From the NCBI RefSeq assembly GCF_009914755.1, contig NC_060934.1: a DNA stretch of 64,000 nt; one strand, 5' to 3'. Within the stretch, counting starts at the first letter, position 1. Each line of letters opens with the position of its first letter. Shown piece by piece: positions 42,839 through 53,225 of this stretch. A program made the translations under genes and the position numbers. The notes below the pieces were generated by a model that saw only the letters and a program-made list of their open reading frames with translations, was not told where the DNA came from and did not search any database. This stretch comes from the human T2T-CHM13v2.0 reference genome, Homo sapiens.

Positions 42839-43085
42839 TTACTCTAAGATTGAGGCAAATGAGAGTGACAGTTCTTTCCAGCTCCTCCCCTGATTACTGA
42901 TGAGGTATTACTCTCTGAGTTGCTCTAAGATTGAGCCAAATGAGAGTGACAGTTCTTTCCGGCTCCTCCCCTGGTTACTGATGAGGTATTACTCTCTGAG
43001 TTGCTCTAAGATTGAGCCAAATGAGAGTGACAGTTCTTTCTGGCTCCTCCGCTGGTTACTGATAAGGTATTACTCTCTGAGTTGC
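42839..43085 (+). repeat. Tandem repeat (minisatellite), 81-bp unit x ~3
   Basis: 'ctctaagattgag' recurs at 42842, 42923 and 43004; units are abutting and differ by a few substitutions only. Confidence 0.98.
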
Positions 43086-43539
43086 CTAGTAGTAAAGAGG
43101 AAGTGCGGTCATCTAGCATCATTCAGGAGGTGAATTTATAATGGTTCCTCATTGTTTAAAGCAATCTTTTATTTCTATTAAATGTCTATACTTTTATCTA
43201 AAATAATCATCTTTAAATAACTGAGATCATACAACATTCCCTAAGTGCTCCTGTGTAGCACAATGTTATGACCTCTTCTCTTGTCTTCTTCTCTTCTCCA
43301 CCTGTATAGAGATAGTGACAAATCAAGTCAATATCTGTGAAACAAATGTTCTCATGATTGGTAAAGCACTCACTGGCTGTGCTGAAATCTGGGTATATTT
43401 ATTTTTCATTATAGCTAAATAAAATAAAAAACCGAATAGCAACAACAACAACAACAAACTCACAAAAATCTGGAAGATAGGAATGTTCAGTGTGGCAGGT
43501 AGGATCAGGAAAGCAGATGAGTAAGTGTGCTCTTGCTGA

Positions 43540-43750
43540 CCGATATTTACCAAGCACTTTCCAGGAGCCAGATAGTAGGTACACTCCCTGCATTAACTCA
43601 TTTAATACTCACACCAAATCTATGAAGGAGGGTTTACTATTGCCACCACTCCCCCAGTTTCTTATAGACAAAGAAACTGAGGCATAGAGAGGTTAATCAT
43701 TTTGCCCACAATCATTCAAGTAGTAAATGGTAGACCTGACGTTCATTTCC
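43540..43750 (-). mobile_element. MIR SINE
   Basis: 'cattaactcatttaatactcaca...agacaaagaaactgaggcatagagaggttaa'. Confidence 0.88.
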
Positions 43751-43827
43751 TGTGATCTTGATCCTCTCCATAAGATGAACTCAGTCTTATAGATGCTTTT
43801 TCAACCACCTCATCGTGATTACAGAAC

Positions 43828-43997
43828 ATTCTGGCTCTATTACTTTGAACAAATTATTCAACCTCTCTGCCAACTCGGGACAATAAGACATATATGACAC
43901 ATGATCTTCAAATGTGTGAAGATTCAGTGATGTAACAGGTATAAAGTGTTCAGCACAGAAGCCTGGTGCAGGCCAGGCACTCACTAAATATTGGTTG
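43828..43997 (+). mobile_element. MIR SINE
   Basis: 'tgtgaagattcagtgatgtaac..gtataaagtgttcagcacagaagcctgg...gcactcactaaatatt'. Confidence 0.75.
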
Positions 43998-44786
43998 TCT
44001 TTTAGAGTGATTTTCTTCTACCTGAATACTCCTAAGCAAGGGTATTTTCTTCTTTATTTTATATCAGTGATAGTTAACAGAGGGCATCTCACACAGGAAA
44101 CGATCAAAAGAAAGGAAGAATTAGAGGGAAGGCTTGATTTACATAAGTGTTGGAAGCTGGCGTTTCTGAAGAGGCCATTGAAGGCATACTGTCATATCTG
44201 AGTCTATAATGAAGACCAGAATTTTAGCAAATAACTTGAGAAAGTGTCCAAGCAAGCAGCAAAACTTATCCCTAGAAAAACTCATATATAAAAAGGTTGG
44301 CAGAAAATCTGAAATGCCATCAAGCAGGAGATAAAGATTTGGTACATTTCCATGGTCCATTTTCAATCTTTTTACCTGTATCTTCTACCTCACCAGCTCC
44401 TAGCTCCTGCCGTGAAAGTTTGGGCCTGAAAGGCAAGAATGCAATGTGATTGTATTCACACCAAATTGTAAATGTTGGGCTTCTGTTCTTTCCTTAGATT
44501 TGTTTTGATTTTGTACTTGGATTAGGGGGTATTGCAAGATGGCACCTAGTGTATGAAAGCTATTAATTGCCAAGTAGGGGCAAAAGATCAAAAACGAAAA
44601 AGAAAAATTGTAGTAAAAAATCTCTTTAGCAAGAGAGCTTAGATAAATTACAACTCCCTTAGAGCTTTCTTTTTTTTTTCTATTTGTACAGCATTAGTAA
44701 TTTTTGCTCAATCAAAAGACTATGCTGAATAAATGGTGTTCATGAAAATGGATTGATAATTGAAAATGGATTGATAATTAATTGTT

Positions 44787-45071
44787 GGCTGTCAACGGTG
44801 GCTCATGCCTGTAATTCCAGCACTTTGGGAGGTCAAGGCAGACGGATCGCTTGAGCTCAGTAGTTTAAGACCAGCCTGGCCAACATGGTGAAACCCCTTC
44901 TCTACCAAAAATACTAAAAATTAGCAGGATGTGGTGGTGCACACCTGTAGTCCCAGTTACTTGGGAGGCTGAGGTGGGACGATTCCTTGAGCTATAGAGG
45001 CAGAGGTTGCAGTGAACCGAGGTTGCGCCACTGCACTCTACCTGACAGAGCGAGACCCTGTCTCAAAAAAA
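44787..45071 (+). mobile_element. AluJb-like, full length
   Basis: 'ggatcgcttgagctcag', 'gaggctgaggtggga.gatt.cttgagc', 'gagaccctgtctc'. Confidence 0.93.
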
Positions 45072-45284
45072 CAAAAAAATTAGCTGGGCATGGTGGTGTG
45101 TGCTGGTAATCCCAGCTACCTAGGAGGCTGAGGCAAGAGAATCGCTTGAACCCAGGAGGCAGAGGTTGCAGGGAGCCGAGATAGTGTCACTGCACTCCAG
45201 CCTCGGTGACAGAGCAGGACTCCATCTCAAAAAAATAAATAAATACAAATAAAAAATAAATAAATAAAATAAAAATAAATAAAT
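45072..45284 (+). mobile_element. AluS right monomer appended to the preceding Alu
   Basis: 'caaaaaaattagctgggc...gagaatcgcttgaacccaggaggcagaggttgca...actccatctc' plus (TAAA)n tail. Confidence 0.93.
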
Positions 45285-45872
45285 GGAATTGTTGCGATTA
45301 TCATTATGATTATTATGTCATCTTTTAGTTGAGCCAATCCTGAATGTATTTAATGTATTAGTCCTATGCTTTAAGGCAGGGCTTGGCTTGTGCTGCCTGG
45401 ACACCAAAGGTCTCAGATGCCATCTCCTGAAATGACCCTACCCAGGACACCAGGAAACAGCTGCATGGCCAGTCCTGACCTCTCAAAAAGCAACCGTAGC
45501 CCATAAATAGCCTGATGATGGATGTGGGAATGAGCTGGGACCTCATTCCCAGGTCAGATTCTATGTGAATATGGGTTCTGGTTTCCAACTATGTCAGGGC
45601 CAGCAGATATGAGTTTGTGTACTACAAGTCAACATTTGGGAGGCCTTTGTAGAGCTGACTCCACATCCATTTTATCCTCTCTGGCGATTGAAGGCTTGGG
45701 GGAAAACAGAAGAATGGCTAAATGAGCAGTGCTAAGTCTTGTATGAGTAAGATGGAACAGTTCAAGAAAGACAATTCTATGTGCTTGAGCATCATCTCTT
45801 TGATTCTGACCCATTTTTTCCACTCTCCTGTTTTAACCTGTCTTCTATTAAAAAAGAAGTGAATTAAACTGT

Positions 45873-46050
45873 TTTGAAATATGAGCTCTGCTACTTACTA
45901 ACCAGCTATATAGCCTTGGGCAAGTTACTTGACTTCTCATTTAGTTCATGGGTAAAGTAGAGGAGGATCATAATAGAACCTACTCAGGCTTCTAAGGAGA
46001 AACAAGATAACCTAGCAAAGTCCTCAGCACAGATTAAATAATAAATATTA
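45873..46050 (+). mobile_element. MIR SINE
   Basis: 'gctctgctacttactaaccagctatatagccttgggcaagttacttgac'. Confidence 0.8.
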
Positions 46051-46418
46051 CCTCTTGTGAATTTTTCATTTGTAAGGAAGCATTTTATCCCCTATTTTCT
46101 CTCATTAGCTTGACAACAGAACTTTAATCCACATGAGTTGATGCCCTATAATAGAGGAGTTGTGGGTTGATGTTATTTTAAAATTCTAACCACATTTCCT
46201 CATCTTTTGATGACACTTCAAACTTTTCATTCATTAGCTTGGTATTGTCAAGGCTTCTAAAATTGCCAGATGTCAGGTTTTAATTTGCAGGGACCCCGGA
46301 GATCATCTCATCCAACCCTCTCAGTTTTATAGTGGGAAATTAATTTAAAATTTAAAAAAAAAATGACTGACCCATTTGTTTCCAGCATTCTGTAACTGCA
46401 TTAAAAAATAAATAAATA

Positions 46419-46730
46419 GGCCAGGCACAGTGGCTCACGTCTGTAATCCCAGCACTTTGGGAGGCCGAGGCAGGTGGATCACGAGGTCAGGAGATCGAGA
46501 CCATCCTGGCTAGCATGGTGAAACCCCGTCTCTACTAAAAATATTTAAAAAATTAGCCGGGCATGGTGGCGGGCGCCTGTAATCTCAGCTACTCCAGAGG
46601 CTGAGGCAGGAGAATGGCGTGAACTGGGGAGGCAGAGCTTTCAGTGAGCTGAGATCTCGCCACTGCACTCCAGCCTGGGTGACAGAGCGAGAGTCCGTCT
46701 CAAAACAAATAAACAAAAAAACAATAAATA
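46419..46730 (+). mobile_element. AluY, full length
   Basis: 'ggatcacgaggtcaggagatcgagaccatcctggcta', 'gaatggcgtgaac'; aataaata on both flanks. Confidence 0.97.
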
Positions 46731-47099
46731 GCAATAAAAGAGTTCACGGGAGGTAAGCTGCCCCAGGTTCTGTCCCAGGTCCTTTGGTTCTGTCCAAAAT
46801 TTATGCCATTGGTTATGTCACTCTTAACTCTCTAGGACCTCATTTTTTACACTATAAACTGATAAATTTGACAATCTCTAGCTGAATGTATATGTGTGTG
46901 TCTATTTACCTGTATATTTACCTGAATTATGGTAATAAATATAGATACAGATTTTTGTTATACCACCCATTATCAGCATAATGCAATTTCCATACTGTAT
47001 TTATGGTCCATGGTTAAAATGATGTGTATACACATGTGATGTTTTAATATATTAGAGCTCATTTCAAAGAAAGGCAGTGCAAGGTCTGTTATTAGCAAT

Positions 47100-47480
47100 G
47101 TGTGGGGTCTTTTAAAGTCAACACCTGGTGAAAATCCTCACTGCCCGGAGTACTTTTGAAACTCCTTTTCTGAGCCCTTTGTGGAGCCTGAGGCACACTG
47201 TTCTCATGCTGCTTATTGAACAGCAGAGCTGATCTTTGCCTTTCAGGAACGATTTCAGTTTTCAAAATAGCCTAAAGTAAAATAAGCATAGCAATCAATA
47301 TGGGCAAAACTACATTTAGTCAAAGGCCAGCTGTGTCTAGCAGATAAAACGACATGATCTTCTTGTGTAGATCTTACACTGAAGCTGGCAGGAAATTAGA
47401 AGGCAGTGGCTGCTCCTGTGTGAATAGTGCCTCCAAAGGTGCCGTCTTTGAAGGATGACATTACTTTGGGAACATGGGTG
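47100..47480. mobile_element. MARNA-like (mariner) fossil
   Basis: 'ttttgaaactccttttc...gagcctgaggcaca...ttttcaaaatagcctaaagt' and 'gcctccaaaggtg..tctttgaagga' resemble the two MARNA arms as I recall them. Confidence 0.5.
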
Positions 47481-47501
47481 CATTCTGCTAAAACTGTATG
47501 A

Positions 47502-47838
<337 letters not shown>

Positions 47839-49599
47839 CATATATGTGATTTTTACCATTTGTCCATAGTCGCAATAGGAAGGATGAGGGAGATTTTTGG
47901 CCTAGCATAATTATTCTAAGGAAATTCAGTTCTGACCACAAGCAATGGTGTTGTTAGTGTGAGAACCTGGTGCTGTGACTGGGGCATTCCCTCAGAGACT
48001 TCTACTTGTGCCTTCTCTCTCCTATGTAGGAGATCTCAACCCCCGCGAAAAGAGTGCATTGCATTTTTACTTTGAAGAAGTTTGAGAAAGAATTACTTAC
48101 AACATTATTATTAAGAACTTAGAAGAATATTCAAAACACTCCTATAACTAACGTAAGATTATAGCAATCAATGTGCTGGAATACAAGGACACTCTGGTGT
48201 TGGGAACGACTGCATTAACAATCATAAATTAAGTATACAATTTGTTTTGTCCCCCAGTGAATTCTATGAGGAGATATACTTTAAAGCCAGTCCTGTTGAA
48301 AACCCTGATGTCTTATGAAAAAAAGTAGAAAATTGAAAGAACACTGACCTGGATTTCAAATTCAGTAGCTGCTGCTTTTATTTGAACAAATATTTTTGCC
48401 TACGGACCCTTTTTTCCCCCTCCTGGTAAAATGAAGGGGTGGGACCAGAAACCTTCTTTAAGTGACAGTCCACTGTGGCCCGCATTACACATAAGGCCTT
48501 GCTCCTGGCCGCACTTCTGTCATTTGCTCCATTTTGTCTGACAGAAACGGGCTAAGATTTCATTTCATAAAACAAAACAAAAAGTGTTTCTACTTCTAAA
48601 AAGGAAAAAGTTGAAAATCTCTTCCCAAGTTCCCTTATGTCCTTGTTTTCCTGTAGAGAAGGTGGTGCTTTCATCTTTCCTAGGCCGAGCTGTAGGTTCA
48701 ATTTTCTATAATTTCAGAAAAGCAGAGCTGGGTTTACCTATGGAGCAAGAGAATCTTGGCAGGAGGAAACCATGGAGCAGATTCCAGGCTTCTTACTCAG
48801 CACTGGGAGGCGAAGAACTTGTCACCCTTGAGACCCTCTCCTCTTCAGTCTAGCTCATGTGTTCAGCGTGCAGGTCATTTGTGCCAATTAGCTTACCTTT
48901 CCAATCAGCTGGTTGTGACCTGTCATTGTTGCCAGCTCCCAAAATTGGAAGGTTTTCTTCCTAAAATATCAGTCCTATGCTTTCCAGAAAGGTATAGAAT
49001 GTGCAGTGTCTTCACAGCCTGTAGAATGTGTAATCCCTCAAGTGAGATTACAGAAGACAGAGATTTCAAATTCAATATGTCTAAGGTAGAATAGATTTTT
49101 TTTTTTTTTTGCTGTAACAGGCATGAATTTCGTGTTTCAATGATACAACAGTAATCTAGTTTGCCAAGCTAAAGATTTGGACACTATTTTATTTTCCTCA
49201 TCTAAATGTCAGATCCAGGAAGAAAATGAATTTTTTTCTCTTTAGTCCTGTCCTCAATACCTAGAAAGGTATTTGGCACATTACTGGAATGACATATTTG
49301 GTGAGTTAATGAATAAATTAATATTCTTCTCTTTAGGTCATATTCTACATCCAGTCTTCAAGAATTGTCTATGTAGTTTCAGGTCTTGTTTGCAAACCCT
49401 TCTATCCTTTCAGTCTGTGCTGCTGCTCACTGATTGTTCTCTTTCTTACCTCTTCCTTGGATTATCACAATTTTCTCCTAAGTCACCTACTTTCAGCTGC
49501 TTCTGGCCAATAGGCTCTCCATACTGCTTCAAGAGTGCTGGATGAAACATAGCATATGATCATGTTTGTGGCATCACAGGTGGTTTATGTTCTTAGAGC

Positions 49600-50242
49600 T
49601 GTCGATCAAGAAAAATAATGAGACAAGTCTCAATCATTTTAGGAAGAGGTTTATTTGCCAAAGTTAAGGACGGATCCTGGGAGATGGGTCTGTGCCTTTC
49701 TCTGAAGATGATTTTGAGGGCTCCAAATTTAAAGAGGAAAGGGCAGGATATTGAGAAGTAGACAATTTCATGTAAGAGGAAGGCAGGGAAAAAATAGTCA
49801 TCTGTGCCTTTGTCTGGCTCAGTGAATCTACATTTTTTTTTTTTTACATAAGATGATATAGACAAATGAGGCAGAGTAAAAATTCAGGGAATCTGCATTT
49901 TACATAAGATAACATAGACAAAATGGGGCAGGGGAACAACGAGATATGCCTTTGTGTCTGGTGGGCAGGGGGTGATAGTACCTGTAAAGATAAGCTATCA
50001 ATTTACATTGCTATGGCAAAAATTTAACAGAAACACCTTAAATGATCTTGCAGCTCACTAGGAATTTCCTCATGGGCAAAATTTGGGTGGGGTGGGGGCA
50101 TAGGGGGGCATGTAGCTTTCATCTTGTAGCCATCTTATTTAGGAACCAAAGGTGGAGGCAGGTTTGTGTGACCCAGTTCCCAGCTTGACCCTTCCCATTG
50201 GCTTAATGAGTTTGGGGTCCCAAGATTTAATTTCCTTTCACA
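49600..50242 (-). mobile_element. MER4A-family ERV1 solo LTR
   Basis: TG...CA ends; 'gagtttggggtcccaagatttaatttcctttcaca'; 'tttatttgccaaagttaaggac'; flanks gagc/gagt. Confidence 0.9.
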
Positions 50243-50339
50243 GAGTATATTTTCCACATTCCCTGTGATGTATGTATGTAAACACCATACACAGAGGAAA
50301 GAAAAGAGGTTTAAGATTACCGTGTTTCACTCCTCTATG

Positions 50340-50782
50340 AAATTCTTAGTCACATCCCGTGATCCTTAATTTATAATCCAAACTCAACAGGGCATGCAAG
50401 TTTCTTCAGGACCCTTCTCGTTTGCATCTGACAACTTTTGAGTCTATATTCTGGCCATAGTGACTGTCTCGTGGCCCTCCTCATGCATGACTTGTGGTCC
50501 ACACAACTTTCATCCCTTTGCAAATGCTGCTCTCTGGACACAGAGTCTTTCAGACAGATCCACTGCTCTTTGAAGACTCAGCTCATATGTCACCACTCTT
50601 CTCACTGTTGCCTCTGCTCAGCCCCCACGGCACAGAACATGCTGTATTGTAGCAAAATCAGGCCTCTTTACCTCACAAATAGAAAGTGAACATCTTGAAA
50701 GCAAGGGCAATATCTAGTTTGTCTTTCAACTCCTGCTTTCAGTTGAGTGGCAGCTCAATAAATATTTGCCGAATGAGTGAAA
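50340..50782 (+). mobile_element. L2 3' region
   Basis: Ends 'cttgaaagcaagggc...gctcaataaatatttgccgaatgagtgaa'. Confidence 0.7.
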
Positions 50783-52591
50783 AATTCACCCAGCAACCAC
50801 ATTATGCCTCTTGGGAAAAGTAACTCCTAAAGAGTGTCTTTATAAATAATAAATACCAGGCTTTTCCTTGTGCAGAAAAAACAGACCTCCCAAACATGTT
50901 TATTTTGGTCTAATACACAGAAGTGTATATTGGTGTGAGAACAAAAACCCACCAAATATTGTTATAGGAAACATATCTTACTGCAACCCAGCTGCATGCT
51001 CTGTGACTTTAAAATACATGTTTAAAATGCTTTGCAAAATTGCAGCATCTGAAAGAGAAGTACAGGATAGTGGTGCACACAGAGCTGGCCCTGCAGAGCT
51101 GGCTGCTGTGGGGAGTCCCCTTGGTTACATCTTCCCATCTGTACAGACAGCAGCAGGTGGAACCTGAGCTGTTCCATATGCGGATTAGTCAATCGCTTTT
51201 TCTAAAGGTTCCAAGAGGCAAGCTTACATTTTGTCTTCAGATCTTTATATGAAAATACCACTGTGGATAATGAGGCTGTTGTATGCATAATTTAACTTTC
51301 GGAAGCCTAAATTCCGCCGAAAGGCAAATTGGTACCTAGAGGCATGCAATTTGCATGGGGATTTCAAGCCCTCCTCCTATCTATTGTCCCTGGCATGGTG
51401 TTGCTTTTCTTCTAAATTATTTTCCCTTGTTCTTTGAATGCCTAATTCTGAGATTGTAACCAGATTACCATGGGCTCCATATTTAATAGTGGTTTCAGAA
51501 ACCTGCTGAGCCTGCTTTGACCATTTCTGGGAGCATAAGTTGGGGTTTGGCAAACCTCTGCCAGCACCCAGAGGCAGTCTTTCTAATGAATCTGCTCCTT
51601 AGCCTGCAGCCCACCTGCCTGGAGAGGGTTAGGACCAGCTGAGCCTGCAGCTGCCCAGAGTGGGAGGAGCTGATGGAGTCCTGTGTGGCTGACTTCACAG
51701 CTCAATCTGTCAATCCGGTTGGGGACAGATGGTTAGAGAACTGTCTGTCTGAATTGCCTCAGAAAGAATTTGGTTTCTTGGCTGCATCTTCAAGTCATGG
51801 TCCACTTTCCTTTCTGCTCTGGACTGGAGAATGTGGCTGTGTTGGGAAGGGTACTAACTCTACTTTTCAAAGCCTTTCAGAGTAAGGATGTGTGTAAGTA
51901 AATCAAGGGCTCAGGAGAACTAACTGCTGATTGTCTTCTGATATTTCGTGTGTCATCTAATAGGCAATGTCGATTTTGCATGCAGTGCACAGGAGCATAC
52001 CTGTCAATAAATTCTAACTGCTCAGAAATGATTTCTTCTGAGTAGCATGTTTGTATTTTATGAAGGTAAGCCATGAAGACCCAAAGATGTGCCAATATGT
52101 TTACTGTAACCATATTGGATAATTTTGACATATGGTGACCAGGGCAGTTTACAGATGACTGAGAAGTTCTTTCCTGATGCTTAGTAAATACCTAAGTCAT
52201 TTGAAATGCCAACTAGAAACCAAAGAGGAAAAGAGAATTGGTGTGGAAGAGGAGAAAAAGAAAAGAAGAAAAGCGAGACAGAGAAAAGCCATTTTACCTA
52301 AAATTGGAGGTCTATTTCAGATCAATTTTTAGATCAAGAGATCTAAATCTGGGTCAGAACTCACTGAATACTTAGCTGGGTGAAATTGACCAAGTCACTC
52401 CTTCATTCCTTAAAATGAAGGCATTGGACTTAATAATTTCTGGAGGTCTCCTTGAAATCTAATATTCAGAAAATATTTTATTTGTCCTCTAAATTAGGTT
52501 ATTGTAGCTATTTCAAAGATGACTGGGGTATGTACACTAGCCAGAAACAGGGTAGCAGGTCTGGGGTAGAGACAGAGGTCCAAGTTCCCTG

Positions 52592-53225
52592 TGATATGGA
52601 CAACACATAAGGAAATACTGCGTAGAAGAGAGTGGTTCCCCAGCAAAGTCCCCAACCCCAAGCCTAGAAACCTGTGGCCTTAAATGGGAGCTGGTATTCC
52701 TGTTTTCACGCCCAAATGTTGCCTTTTCCAAGACCAATCTGGCTTACCATATCTGCTATACTTTGCTCATATAAACCCCAAGCTCCACGAGCAGAAGAGC
52801 ACGAGAGCTCCATCACCTTTCCAGCTCCTCATCCATTCTGCTGGGAGTCACCTCCATCCAGCAATAAAATCCCCCGCATTTACCATCCTTCAGTTTATCC
52901 ATGTCACCTGATTCTTTCTGGATGCCAGACAAGGACCCAGGTACCAAGAGGTCACTGAGCTGGTTAACACTTAAGCTGTCTGCAGATAGCAGAGCTAAAA
53001 TAGCACTGTAACATGCCCCCTGGGGCGTCAGTGGTTGCAGGCACCCACCCCTAGATGCTACCTTGGGGCTGGAGCCCAAAAGCATTTGCCCTGGCTCCTG
53101 CCTGTCTGTGTGCTCCCCCTCCAGTAAAGGGTTTGAGCGCATGGTGGCTGAACAGGTAAGCCACACCCCTGTCACACATCCTGTGGCAGGGGTGGGGGTG
53201 GGGGTCAGGGAACTCTCCTGTTTCA
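52592..53225 (+). mobile_element. MER50-family ERV1 solo LTR
   Basis: Starts 'tgatatggaca..ggaaatactgcgtagaagag..ggttcccc.gcaaag'; ends 'cagggaactctcctgtttca'; perfect 4-bp TSD cctg at 52588-52591 and 53226-53229. Confidence 0.9.

Noticed and set aside
42839-43085. 81-bp repeats as a CRISPR-like array
   Set aside because: Units abut with no unique spacers, there are no cas-like ORFs, and the context is primate genomic DNA
42900-43133. 77-aa ORF with 27-aa repeats as a real protein
   Set aside because: A by-product of an 81-bp unit; no promoter, splice or homology support, and unit 1 has an in-frame TGA just upstream
49820-49935. Internal direct repeat 'ttttacataagat..atagacaaa' in the LTR
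   Set aside because: I recall internal repeats as part of MER4-family LTR structure, so it is not treated as a new feature
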